Below are positions 49,051-58,347 of a DNA stretch of 64,000 bases, one piece after another. Source of the DNA: Gammaproteobacteria bacterium. GTDB lineage: Bacteria; Pseudomonadota; Gammaproteobacteria; Arenicellales; CAJQKF01. Location: contig JAUIEZ010000005.1 of the NCBI GenBank assembly GCA_030429665.1, positions 8,534 through 72,533 of the forward strand, in the 5' to 3' direction. The notes under the pieces are model-generated. The model made no database searches and was not told the DNA's origin. It worked only from the letters and a program-made list of their open reading frames with translations. Both the position numbers and the translations under genes were made by a program. The stretch's first letter is position 1, and every line of letters begins with the position of its first letter.

Positions 49051-49710
49051 TCAGGAGGCCACGAGGCGCTCGAGCGCGGCGTCCTCGCCATCGAGATCGA
49101 GGTTCGCGGCGATGTGCTCGAGATGACGATCCATCAGCTCGCGTGCCGCGCCGACATCGCCGGCGGCAATGCTGTCGACCAGTCGCGGATGTTCGCCGAA
49201 AGCACAGTGGATCGGTGTGCGGCGCTCGAGGCAGGCAATAGCGAGGGCGGAACGGGACATCAGGTTGTTCGCGTAGCCCACCAGCAGTTCGTTGCCGGTT
49301 GCCCTCGCCAACTGCAGGTGAAACTCGGCCGACAGCCTCAAGCCCCGCGCCCGATCTCCTGACTCCATGGCGCGCCGCTCTTCGGCGCAGGTTTCACGCA
49401 GCGCGCGCGCCTGGCTGCTCGAAAGACGCCCGCTGACGAGTTCGACGACGCCGAGTTCCACCACCCGCCGGGCCTCGAAAACCTCGCGCGCGGTGCGCGG
49501 CGTCACGCTGTTGACCGTGGCACCGCGATTCTGACGGATGTCGACGATCCCCTCGTCGCACAGCCGCTGCAGCGTACGGCGCACCACCGAGCGGCTGACG
49601 CCGTACAGGTCGGCGAGGGCAACCTCGGCCAGACGCGTGCCGGGCGCGATGACGCCGCCAAGAATGGCGTCGAAGACCTGGTCATAGAGCTTCTTGTGCA
49701 GCGTGGACAT
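49051..49710 (-). CDS. GntR-family regulator divergent from puuD
   Basis: PGTRLAEVALADLYGVSRSVVR, RLSAEFHL, EH; typical partner of urate genes. Confidence 0.9.
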   Translation of the reverse strand: MSTLHKKLYDQVFDAILGGVIAPGTRLAEVALADLYGVSRSVVRRTLQRLCDEGIVDIRQNRGATVNSVTPRTAREVFEARRVVELGVVELVSGRLSSSQARALRETCAEERRAMESGDRARGLRLSAEFHLQLARATGNELLVGYANNLMSRSALAIACLERRTPIHCAFGEHPRLVDSIAAGDVGAARELMDRHLEHIAANLDLDGEDAALERLVAS

Positions 49711-49746
49711 GATTGTATTTTAATTCAGGAAAAATAAAGTACAATC
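49711..49746. promoter_or_regulatory. Inverted repeat operator with a putative leaderless promoter of gntR
   Basis: GATTGTA (49711-49717) and TACAATC (49740-49746). Minus strand reads TTGTAC-N16-TAAAAT-N6-ATG. Confidence 0.6.
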
Positions 49747-49780
49747 AGCAATTCGAGATTTCGCACCGGCAAGGGGCCCG

Positions 49781-50968
49781 ATGGAAAATCACGTCTACGA
49801 ATGGCTCAACCTGACGCTGCGATGGATCCACATGATCGTCGGCATCGCGTGGATCGGGGCCTCGTTCTACTTCAACTGGTTGGAAAACCGTCTCGACCGG
49901 TTGAGCGAGCGCGCGCCGGGCATCGCCGGACAACTGTGGGCGGTCCACGGCGGCGGCTTCTACCACCTGCAGAAATTCGAGGTCGCGCCGCCCGCCCTGC
50001 CCGAACACCTGCACTGGTTCAAGTGGGAGGCCTACACGACGTGGATGTCGGGCACTGCGCTGCTGGTGGTGGTGTACTACCTCAATGCCCGCGCTTTCGT
50101 CGTCGATCCGTCGAAGGTCGAGCTGGATGCTTACATGGCGATCGGCGTCGGCGTGGCGTCCATCGTGGCATCCTGGATCGTCTACGACCTGCTGTGCAAG
50201 AGCCCGCTGAAAAACATGCCGATCACCCTCGCGATCGTGATCTTCGTCTACTTCGCGGCACTGGCACTGGCGCTCGACCTGTTGCTCAGCAGCCGCGCCG
50301 CGTACATCCACGTTGGTGCGGCGATAGGCACGGTGATGGTCGCCAACGTATTCTTCGTCATCATTCCGGGACAGCGCGAACTGGTCGACGCGCTAAAGCA
50401 GAACCGCGAGCCCGATCCCGTACCCGGCCGCAACGCGCTGCTGCGCTCGCGGCACAACAACTACCTGACGCTGCCGGTGCTGTTCATCATGATCAGCAGC
50501 CACTTTCCCTCCACCTACGGCCATGCACATGGCTGGGCCGTCCTCGCGGCGTTGTCGGCTGTCGGCGTGGCGGTGCGTCACTACTTCAACATTCGCCACG
50601 TCAAGCCTAAAGCGGCGTGGATCCTGGCGGCAGCCTTCGCGGCGATGGTCGCGATCATGTGGTACACGGCCCCGGAACGAATCGACCGCGGCGCGGCGGC
50701 AACCGTTAACGAGGCTGACGCCGCCGTGATCGTGCGGGAACGGTGCACCGCCTGCCATGCCGCCGAGCCCACCCAGCCGGGCTTCGCTTCGCCGCCCGCC
50801 GGCCTGTCGCTCGAGGACATGGAGACCGTAAAAACCAACGCCGAACGTATCTACATGAGCACGATTGCCACCAACACCATGCCGCTCGGCAACCTCACCG
50901 GCATGACCGAGACCGAGCGCGCGCTGCTCGGCCTGTGGCTCGAACAACAAATCGAGGCATCGCGATGA
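49781..50968 (+). CDS. puuD: Membrane urate hydroxylase/oxidase with C-terminal cytochrome c
   Basis: RWIHMIVGIAWIGASFYF, LWAVHGGGFY, HWFKWEAY, RSRHNNYLTLPV, heme motif CTACH, MPLGNLT. Confidence 0.95.
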   Translation: MENHVYEWLNLTLRWIHMIVGIAWIGASFYFNWLENRLDRLSERAPGIAGQLWAVHGGGFYHLQKFEVAPPALPEHLHWFKWEAYTTWMSGTALLVVVYYLNARAFVVDPSKVELDAYMAIGVGVASIVASWIVYDLLCKSPLKNMPITLAIVIFVYFAALALALDLLLSSRAAYIHVGAAIGTVMVANVFFVIIPGQRELVDALKQNREPDPVPGRNALLRSRHNNYLTLPVLFIMISSHFPSTYGHAHGWAVLAALSAVGVAVRHYFNIRHVKPKAAWILAAAFAAMVAIMWYTAPERIDRGAAATVNEADAAVIVRERCTACHAAEPTQPGFASPPAGLSLEDMETVKTNAERIYMSTIATNTMPLGNLTGMTETERALLGLWLEQQIEASR

Positions 50969-51885
50969 ACTCCGTCGACAACTACCCGCGCGAGATGATC
51001 GGTTACGGCGCGTCGCCGCCGGTGGTGCGATGGCCCGGCGGCGCGCGGCTCGCGGTGCAGTTCGTGATCAATTACGAAGAAGGCGGCGAGAACAACATCC
51101 TGCACGGCGATGCCGCCTCCGAAGCCTTTCTCTCGGAGATCATCGGCGCGCCCGCCATCCCCGGCATGCGGCACCTCAACATGGAGTCGATATACGAGTA
51201 CGGCTCGCGGGCCGGATTCTGGCGGTTGCATCGCCTGTTCACGGGCCGCGGCGTCCCGGTGACCGTGTTCGGCGTGGCGATGGCGCTCGAGCGCAATCCG
51301 CAGGCGGTGGCGGCAATGCGCGAGGCCGGTTGGGAAATCGCCAGCCACGGCTGGCGCTGGATCGACTACCAGCACCTGGACGAGACGACCGAGCGTGAAC
51401 ATCTCGATCGCGCCGTCGCCGTACACACCGAGGCTACCGGCGAAGCGCCGCAGGGCTTTTACCTCGGGCGCTGCAGCCCCAACACGCACCGCCTGGTGGC
51501 CGAGCGCGGCGACTTCCTCTACCACGCCGACAGCTATGCCGACGACCTACCCTACTGGGACACGCGTCACGGCCGCGCGCAACTCGTCGTTCCCTACACG
51601 CTGGACGCCAACGACATGCGCTTCGCCACCAACCAGGGATTCAACAGCGGCGCTCAGTTCTACGAGTATCTCAAGGACACCTTCGACGTTCTTTACGAAG
51701 AAGGCGAGTCGACACCGAAAATGATGTCCGTCGGACTGCACTGCCGGCTCGCCGGACGGCCGGGTAGGCTCGCCGCGCTGGCGCGCTTCGTCGACTATGC
51801 ATCGACACACGCACACACCTGGTTCGCCACGCGGCTCGACATCGCGCGTTGCTTCAGGGAACAGTTTCCCGCACCGGTTTCATGA
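50965..51885 (+). CDS. puuE: Allantoinase PuuE (polysaccharide deacetylase fold)
   Basis: YPREMIGYG, NYEEGGEN, ESIYEYGSRAGFWR, PYTLDANDMRF, SVGLHCR. Confidence 0.95.
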   Translation: MNSVDNYPREMIGYGASPPVVRWPGGARLAVQFVINYEEGGENNILHGDAASEAFLSEIIGAPAIPGMRHLNMESIYEYGSRAGFWRLHRLFTGRGVPVTVFGVAMALERNPQAVAAMREAGWEIASHGWRWIDYQHLDETTEREHLDRAVAVHTEATGEAPQGFYLGRCSPNTHRLVAERGDFLYHADSYADDLPYWDTRHGRAQLVVPYTLDANDMRFATNQGFNSGAQFYEYLKDTFDVLYEEGESTPKMMSVGLHCRLAGRPGRLAALARFVDYASTHAHTWFATRLDIARCFREQFPAPVS

Positions 51886-51895
51886 CGAGGAATTC

Positions 51896-52864
51896 GTGAA
51901 CAAGCATTACGTCAATCTCGCCTCCGCACGACTGGGCGCCGTCGCGGTATACGCGACCGACGATTTTTTCGCCGACAAGGCGCGCCTGCTCGACGATGCC
52001 GAACCGGTGTTCATCGAGGGAAAGTACGACGACAACGGCAAGTGGATGGACGGCTGGGAGTCGCGCCGCAAGCGCGGCCCGGGGCACGACTACTGCACGG
52101 TGAAGCTGGCGCGCGTGGCACATCTCGCCGAACTGGAAATCGACACGCGCCATTTCACCGGCAACTATGCCCCGGCCGCCTCCGTCGATGCCTGTCTTTC
52201 CCGGGCCGACGATCCGGGCGACGGCGCCGATTGGCAGCCGATCGTCGACACCACCGCACTGGCCGGGAACGACCGCAAGATCGTTGCCGCGTCGCGCGCG
52301 GGACCTTTCTCGCACGTGCGCCTGCACATTTATCCCGACGGCGGCGTGGCCCGACTGCGCGTCTATGGCCGCCCCGTGCTCGACGCGGCGAGCGGCGAGT
52401 CGATCGACCTCGCCGCCAGCCTTAACGGCGGCGTGGCCCTGGCCTGCAACGACGCCCACTTCGGCTCCATGCACAACCTGCTCGCGCCAGGCCGCGGCCG
52501 GAACATGGGCGACGGTTGGGAAACGCGGCGACGGCGGGAACCGGGCTTCGACTGGGTGATCGTCGAACTCGGCCGCACGGGCATCGTGGAACGCATCGAG
52601 GTGGACACCGCGCACTTCAAGGGCAACTACCCGGACCGCTGCAACGTCCAAGCGGCGCGGGTCGACGCGCCGGATCCTGTCTCCGTCGCCGCGCGAAGCC
52701 TGTATTGGCCGGTCCTGTTGGGCGAACGAAAACTGCACGCGGACAAGGTCCATGTCTTCGACCAGGTCGAGAATATCGGTGCGGTCAATTGCGTGCGACT
52801 CAACATCCTGCCCGACGGCGGCGTCAGCCGGTTGCGCGTGTACGGACGACCGGTCGATGCCTGA
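51896..52864 (+). CDS. alc: Allantoicase
   Basis: Two repeats of DGWE(S/T)RR, DTxHFxGN and PDGGVxRLRVYG; GTG start behind GAGGA. Confidence 0.95.
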   Translation: MNKHYVNLASARLGAVAVYATDDFFADKARLLDDAEPVFIEGKYDDNGKWMDGWESRRKRGPGHDYCTVKLARVAHLAELEIDTRHFTGNYAPAASVDACLSRADDPGDGADWQPIVDTTALAGNDRKIVAASRAGPFSHVRLHIYPDGGVARLRVYGRPVLDAASGESIDLAASLNGGVALACNDAHFGSMHNLLAPGRGRNMGDGWETRRRREPGFDWVIVELGRTGIVERIEVDTAHFKGNYPDRCNVQAARVDAPDPVSVAARSLYWPVLLGERKLHADKVHVFDQVENIGAVNCVRLNILPDGGVSRLRVYGRPVDA

Positions 52865-53369
52865 GCTCACCGCGCAACCGCTTACCACCGAGGCGTTCCA
52901 GGCCTTCGGTGAAGTGATCGATACCCGCACTGCGCGGCAGGTGCCGATCAACTACGGCCTGACCACGCGTTTCCACGATCTCGCCACCGTGGACGTCGTC
53001 GGCGACGGCGCGCGGGTGTTGATCAACGTGTTCCGCTCGACCCCCATCACGCTTCCCCATGCCGTCGCGGTGCTGGAACGACACCCCCTCGGCAGCCAGG
53101 CCTTCATACCCATGGGTACCGCGCGTTTCCTGGTGCTGGTGGCCCGCGGGGAGACGTGTCCCGACCCGGCGAGCTTGCGCCTGTTCGTGAGTGACGGACT
53201 GCAGGGCGTGAACTATGCGCGCAACACCTGGCACCATTTCCAGATGGTGCTTGGCGCGCCCGCCGATTTCCTCGTCATCGATCGCGGCGGCCCGGGCGAC
53301 AACCTCGAGGAAGCGGACGTGTCGGACCTCGATCTGACGATTCCCGCGCGGGCCGGGGAAATCTCCTAA
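52857..53369 (+). CDS. allA: Ureidoglycolate lyase
   Basis: PLTTEAFQAFGEVI, LERHPLGSQAFIP, QGVNYARNTWHH, FLVIDR. Confidence 0.94.
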   Translation: MPELTAQPLTTEAFQAFGEVIDTRTARQVPINYGLTTRFHDLATVDVVGDGARVLINVFRSTPITLPHAVAVLERHPLGSQAFIPMGTARFLVLVARGETCPDPASLRLFVSDGLQGVNYARNTWHHFQMVLGAPADFLVIDRGGPGDNLEEADVSDLDLTIPARAGEIS

Positions 53370-54319
53370 CGGGCTTTTCCCGCGCGCCGCACGCCGAACC
53401 GCGCCATCGCCAACGGCATGAGGTACATGGGAATCTGCCACAGGGCGACGAAGACGATGAAGTCGCGCGGCAACAGCGACCCTGCCACCGCCAGCAACAA
53501 CCCCAGGTTTCGATAGGACGACAACAGGCCGGCGGTCAGCGCGTAGGTCCGGCCGCGCGCCGAGAACACCAGGACCGTCAATGCGAACAGTCCCAGGTGC
53601 ATTGCGAAGGCGAGGAGCAGCAGCCCCGTCATGGCGACCGGCGAGGCGATGATGCGCGGTCCGATACCATCCATGACGCCTATCGCGAACACGCAAAGAA
53701 AGAACACGCCGCCGTGGCGGACGAGCGCGCTCCCGCGCACCCGTGAACGCAGCCCCGCGTGCGCCTGCACGACGAACCCGATGACGATCGGCAACACGAG
53801 AAACACGCACAGCCGCGTCGAGTAACCGACGACGTCGAAGCCTTCCGCGTGCCCGCGCACCCACGCTGCCATCGCCGGCAGCGTAAGCGGCATGACCAGC
53901 ACCGACAGGATGGTGCCCTTCAACGTCATCTCTTCATCCAGTCCCATGAGCCGCGCAAACGCCGAGGAACCGAACAGGCTGCCGGCGCAGGCGGTAAAAA
54001 AGGCGATCAACGTGTAGGGTCCGCCGAGGGGCGTGTAAAGATGCACCGCGGCGAATCCCGTCGGCAGCACCAGGAGCTGCCACGCGGCAATGACGGATGC
54101 CGGAACGATTTCCCGCTTCAGGCCGGCGAACACGCGCGGCAGGTCCATGAGCAGAAGCGAGCAGAGCACGAGGAAAAAGATACTCGGAAACAACAGGGGC
54201 CTGAACAGTGCGGCCAGCGGCGGCACGGCGATGCCGGCAATCACCGACAACGCCAGCCAATTAGCCCCCTTCGACATGAACGACGCAAGCTTCGCCATGC
54301 CGTTATCCGGACCGATCAT
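53366..54319 (-). CDS. Polytopic membrane protein, probable bile-acid:Na+ symporter (SBF)-like transporter
   Basis: About 9-10 hydrophobic segments and SYRNLGLLLA (the RN motif of SBF-like proteins); start uncertain. Confidence 0.6.
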   Translation of the reverse strand: MIGPDNGMAKLASFMSKGANWLALSVIAGIAVPPLAALFRPLLFPSIFFLVLCSLLLMDLPRVFAGLKREIVPASVIAAWQLLVLPTGFAAVHLYTPLGGPYTLIAFFTACAGSLFGSSAFARLMGLDEEMTLKGTILSVLVMPLTLPAMAAWVRGHAEGFDVVGYSTRLCVFLVLPIVIGFVVQAHAGLRSRVRGSALVRHGGVFFLCVFAIGVMDGIGPRIIASPVAMTGLLLLAFAMHLGLFALTVLVFSARGRTYALTAGLLSSYRNLGLLLAVAGSLLPRDFIVFVALWQIPMYLMPLAMARFGVRRAGKAR

Positions 54320-54339
54320 GCACGGGAGTGCCAGGCGCG

Positions 54340-55260
54340 TCAGCGTTCACCGGCCAACGTCGATGGATCGATGATCGCGTGGACCACACCGTATTCGAGC
54401 AGCAGGGAATAGCTCGGATACCACATGTCATCGCCGGGTGTATCGAACACCCTGTCGAGAAATCGCTTGTCGATGCCGCGACCTCGATACCAGGCGCGGT
54501 CCTTCTCCTGTTCCGACGCGGAATCGAGGTAGCCCAGGTTGGAACTGGAGTCATACCGGTACTGGTGAAAGCCGAGCTTGGCCCCGTCGGCGAGAAACCG
54601 TTTCTCGCCGGCAATGAAGGCGGTCGTGCACGCCGAGTAGCAGCCGGTCAAGGTGTAGGTATCGAGACCACGCTCGGTGACCAGGCGGGCGACGCCGCGG
54701 CCCTCGTAGACGCGGCCGCCGATGCTGTCGAGAACGATTCCCTCGATGTCCGGACGTTCGTCGAGCCAGGTTTCGAGCACGCGCGTCGTGCCGTTTTGCA
54801 GGTCGCCGCGAAGGTGCGCGACCGGCAGGTTCGACACGCGCGCTATATCGTAGACTCGCGTGGTCTTCTCGCGCCACAAGCGGTCGAACGCCATCTCGTT
54901 CTGCCGCGCGCCGACGCGCTGCACGGCGCCCACCGCGGCGATTACCGCGCCCAGCGCAGCGGCCAGCACGACTGCCTGCACGACGCGCGCCCACACCGGG
55001 TTGCCGTGATTCAGCAGGTAGCGCTCGCAGCTTCTCATCACCCCCATGGCCTGCCACGGAAGCACGATGACGAATGCCACCACGCAGTAGACGGCGATCA
55101 CGGTATAGGCCAGCACCGCATCGTCCGCGATCGACTGCACCAGCGGTTCGAGGGCATACCAAAAAAGGTAGAACAGCGGCAGGAAATTGACAAACGTCGC
55201 CCGTAGCAGCGAATGGTCGCCGCGCCAGTGTTCGCCGATGTATCGCCATGCGTCGCGCAC
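54340..55260 (-). CDS. Membrane protein with C-terminal ClpP/crotonase-like domain (COG3904-like)
   Basis: GTG 55260 behind AAAGGAG; 3 TM segments, LDSIGG, CYSACTTAFIAG, LGFHQY. Confidence 0.7.
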   Translation of the reverse strand: MRDAWRYIGEHWRGDHSLLRATFVNFLPLFYLFWYALEPLVQSIADDAVLAYTVIAVYCVVAFVIVLPWQAMGVMRSCERYLLNHGNPVWARVVQAVVLAAALGAVIAAVGAVQRVGARQNEMAFDRLWREKTTRVYDIARVSNLPVAHLRGDLQNGTTRVLETWLDERPDIEGIVLDSIGGRVYEGRGVARLVTERGLDTYTLTGCYSACTTAFIAGEKRFLADGAKLGFHQYRYDSSSNLGYLDSASEQEKDRAWYRGRGIDKRFLDRVFDTPGDDMWYPSYSLLLEYGVVHAIIDPSTLAGER

Positions 55261-55331
55261 GTGACGCTCCTTTGCGATGTTCGAATGCCACGTACGTATA
55301 TCAGACGACGCGCTCTCGCGCAGCCGCGGGA

Positions 55332-56018
55332 TCAGAACGGCAGCGTCGGTCGGTTGCCCTGGCCGGTTCCACCCTCGACGGGTTGCTCGACGGCGTCCGT
55401 CGCAGCGGGATCGGGTGCTTCGACCGCGAGTCGAGGCGGATTCTCGACGGTCGAGGGATCGACGGAGGGAACGGGCAGGTTTTCCAGCCCCTGGGCATTG
55501 TCGCTCAAAACGACACCGCCTCCCAGCGACTTGATCGGCTTCGATTCGAGCTCGGGCCGCTTGATGGCGAGTTTCTCGAGCTCGCCGTTTCGCTCGATCA
55601 GGACGTGATCCCGATTGACTTCGGCCAAGGTGGCGTCGGTATTGCCGATGACCTGTCCCACGCGCACCACCTGCTGGCGTCCGCGCCCTGCCTCGATCAA
55701 CGCGATGCCCCGGTTGTCGCGCCCGATGGCGATGATGCCGACGAGTTTCAGGTTCAGTCGCGTGGGCGGGGCCTCCTTGCGCTCGACGGTTCGCGGTTCG
55801 CGCGCGGCCACGCCGAAAAGGTGTGCGTTCACGATGGCGCCGATATTGACGCGCTCGGTTCCGGTAGCGATGGGTTCCAACTTGATTTCGGCCGGTTCGG
55901 GCAGCGCGCCCTCGAGAATGCCGCTTCGCCAGACATCCCACCCGACCCACGCGACGGCACCCAAGGCGATGACGTTGAGCGAAATCCCTGTCAGTGCTTT
56001 TCCAAAAGAATTCAACAT
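55332..56018 (-). CDS. Type II secretion protein C (GspC)-like bitopic membrane protein
   Basis: Single N-terminal TM; HLFG, APPTRLNLKLVGII, ALIE, VGQVI, DHVLIERNGELEKL (GspC HR domain); no PDZ seen. Confidence 0.75.
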   Translation of the reverse strand: MLNSFGKALTGISLNVIALGAVAWVGWDVWRSGILEGALPEPAEIKLEPIATGTERVNIGAIVNAHLFGVAAREPRTVERKEAPPTRLNLKLVGIIAIGRDNRGIALIEAGRGRQQVVRVGQVIGNTDATLAEVNRDHVLIERNGELEKLAIKRPELESKPIKSLGGGVVLSDNAQGLENLPVPSVDPSTVENPPRLAVEAPDPAATDAVEQPVEGGTGQGNRPTLPF

Positions 56019-56080
56019 ATTGTAATTCTATCGACAGGGTGTGTCGCGACACAAGCACCCGGCCCCGCGGATTCGGGCTC

Positions 56081-56138
56081 GTTGACAATTCGGTGTCAAC
56101 TGGCTATTTTTGCGCCGCAACAATGATGCGCCGCAACA
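56081..56138 (+). promoter_or_regulatory. phbB promoter with tandem PhaR-like boxes
   Basis: TTGACA (56082)-N17-TATTTT (56105), then TGCGCCGCAACA at 56111-56122 and 56127-56138; palindrome GTTGACA-N6-TGTCAAC. Confidence 0.65.
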
Positions 56139-56194
56139 CCCCACAGGCCGCGTATCCGTTGTTACAGCATTATCCAACACACGGACCAACAATT

Positions 56195-56941
56195 ATGAGC
56201 AACAAGACTGCACTGGTTACCGGTGGAACCGGGGGGCTGGGTACGGCGATTTGCAAGGCGCTCGCCGATCGCGGAGACCGGGTCATCGCCTGCTACATCC
56301 CAAGCGACGAGGAAACGGCGCGCGCGTGGCAAGACCAACTGAAAGACGAAGGTTATGACATCCAAATCATCGCCGGCGACGTCTCCTCGTTCGCCGATAC
56401 CCAGCGCATGATACGCGAGATCGAGGCGAACTACGGCTGGGTCGACATCCTGGTCAACTGCGCCGGCATCACGCGCGACAAGACCCTGCGCAAGATGGAC
56501 GAGAAGGACTGGGAAGACGTGGTCAGCGTAAACCTCGGCAGCGTGTTCAACGTAACCCGCCAGGTGATAGACGGCATGATCGAACGCGGCTTCGGACGCA
56601 TCGTCAACATCTCGTCGGTCAACGGACAAAGAGGCCAGTTCGGGCAGACGAACTACTCCGCGGCGAAGGCCGGCATGCACGGCTTCACCATGGCGCTGGC
56701 GCAGGAGGCCGCGCGCAAGGGCGTCACGGTCAACTCGGTCTCACCGGGCTACATCGCCACCAGCATGACTGCGGCCATTCCCGAGGAGATTCGCAACCAG
56801 ATCGTCGCCGGCATACCGGTAGGGCGCATGGGCGATCCCGAGGACATCGCGCACACCATCGCCTTTCTGACCGACGAGAAAAGCGACTACATCACCGGGG
56901 CTAACATCCCGGTCAACGGCGGCATGTACATGTCGTTCTAG
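56195..56941 (+). CDS. phbB: Acetoacetyl-CoA reductase
   Basis: ALVTGGTGGLG, AGITRD, NISSVNGQRGQFGQTNYSAAKAGMHGFTMALAQE, NGGMYM. Confidence 0.93.
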   Translation: MSNKTALVTGGTGGLGTAICKALADRGDRVIACYIPSDEETARAWQDQLKDEGYDIQIIAGDVSSFADTQRMIREIEANYGWVDILVNCAGITRDKTLRKMDEKDWEDVVSVNLGSVFNVTRQVIDGMIERGFGRIVNISSVNGQRGQFGQTNYSAAKAGMHGFTMALAQEAARKGVTVNSVSPGYIATSMTAAIPEEIRNQIVAGIPVGRMGDPEDIAHTIAFLTDEKSDYITGANIPVNGGMYMSF

Positions 56942-56953
56942 CCGCAATCCACG

Positions 56954-56977
56954 AGGCCCCGCGAACGGGGCTTTTTT
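56954..56977 (+). terminator. Rho-independent terminator of phbB
   Basis: AGGCCCCG-cgaa-CGGGGCTT followed by a T run. Confidence 0.85.
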
Positions 56978-57091
56978 CGTTGCGGGTACGGCGCGTCGAA
57001 CGCGCCGATGCCGCAATCGCGCGATAGCCTTTACAATGCCTGTCAGGAACGGGGCCGCCGGCCCCGCGCAATCACTGACAGGAGAGGCACC

Positions 57092-57340
57092 ATGTCCGAA
57101 CCCCGCATCGCGCAGATAGGCCCTTACAAGGTTCAGCTGTCCCCAGGCACCTACTGGTGGTGTCAATGCGGTCGCTCCAACAACCAGCCCTTTTGCGACG
57201 GTTCGCACAAGGGCAGTGAGTTTTCGCCGGTGAAAGTGGAGATAACGGCCACCGGTACGGTGGCGCTGTGCGGCTGCAAGCGATCCGGCAACCGTCCCTT
57301 CTGCGACGGCACCCACAATACCCTCGACGCGGACGACTAG
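57092..57340 (+). CDS. CDGSH iron-sulfur domain protein (two CDGSH motifs, MiNT-like)
   Basis: WCQCGRSNNQPFCDGSH and LCGCKRSGNRPFCDGTH; RBS GGAGAGG. Confidence 0.93.
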   Translation: MSEPRIAQIGPYKVQLSPGTYWWCQCGRSNNQPFCDGSHKGSEFSPVKVEITATGTVALCGCKRSGNRPFCDGTHNTLDADD

Positions 57341-57348
57341 TTCGTAAC

Positions 57349-58347
57349 GTGGCCATTCCCCGCATCGTCGTCACCGCCGGCGAGCCCGCCGGCATCGGCC
57401 CGGAGTTGCTCGTCAAGGCCGCCCAGACCACCATTGCCGCGTCTCTCGTCGCCGTGGTCGATCCCGGTCTTATCGAATCCGCGATAAAACACACCGGTCT
57501 GCCGCTGCGACTGGCGGACGACGACGGCGCGCCACACGAACCCGGCACCTTGCGGATCGTTCCGGTTTCCCTCGCCGCGCCCGTCACCCCGGGACAACTG
57601 GACACGACCAACGCGCGCTACGTGCTGAACACCCTGGACCTCGCCTGCGACGGTTGCCTGCAAGGACGCTTCGATGCCATGGTAACAGGGCCGGTGCAAA
57701 AATCGGTCATCAACGACGCCGGGATCGCCTTCAGCGGTCACACCGAATACCTCGCGGCACGTTGCGGCGGTGTTCACCCGGTCATGATGCTCGCCGGCGG
57801 CGCGCTGCGCGTCACGCTTTACAGCACCCACTTGCCGCTGCGCGCGGTCGCCGACGCGGTCGATGCGGATCGGCTCGAACGCGTGATCCGTATCATCGAC
57901 CACGATCTGCGCGAACGTTTCGCCATCGCGCAGCCGCGCATCAGCGTGTGTGGGCTGAATCCCCACGCCGGCGAAGGCGGTCACCTGGGTCGCGAGGAAA
58001 TCGAGATCATCGCGCCGGTCATCGACAAGCTGCGCGGCGAAGGGCTGTGCATCCGGGGTCCGCTACCCGCCGACACCGCGTTCACGCGCCATGCCCTGGC
58101 CGAGGCCGACACCGTGCTCGCCATGTACCACGACCAGGGACTGCCGGTTATCAAGTACGCCGGCTTCGGCGAGGTGGTGAACATTACGCTCGGCCTGCCC
58201 ATCGTGCGTACCTCGGTCGACCACGGCACCGCGCTGGACCTGGCCGGCACCGGCCGCGCGCGCGTCGATTCCCTACTCCAGGCGATTCGCACCGCGGTGA
58301 CGCTGGCGCACGCGAACGGGCGCAACGGCGATCGTATCGATGAATGA
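57349..58347 (+). CDS. pdxA: 4-hydroxythreonine-4-phosphate dehydrogenase
   Basis: GEPAGIGPE, GHTEYL, GLNPHAGEGG, MYHDQGL, RTSVDHGTA. Confidence 0.95.
   Translation: MAIPRIVVTAGEPAGIGPELLVKAAQTTIAASLVAVVDPGLIESAIKHTGLPLRLADDDGAPHEPGTLRIVPVSLAAPVTPGQLDTTNARYVLNTLDLACDGCLQGRFDAMVTGPVQKSVINDAGIAFSGHTEYLAARCGGVHPVMMLAGGALRVTLYSTHLPLRAVADAVDADRLERVIRIIDHDLRERFAIAQPRISVCGLNPHAGEGGHLGREEIEIIAPVIDKLRGEGLCIRGPLPADTAFTRHALAEADTVLAMYHDQGLPVIKYAGFGEVVNITLGLPIVRTSVDHGTALDLAGTGRARVDSLLQAIRTAVTLAHANGRNGDRIDE

Noticed and set aside
54340-56088. 582-aa ORF suggesting a long fusion protein
   Set aside because: The N-terminal half is an off-frame read of the gspC-like gene; an SD and GTG at 55260 mark the likely start.
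56082-56099. TTGAC-N8-GTCAA as an FNR or RutR site
   Set aside because: Spacing fits neither FNR (TTGAT-N4-ATCAA) nor RutR (16 bp).
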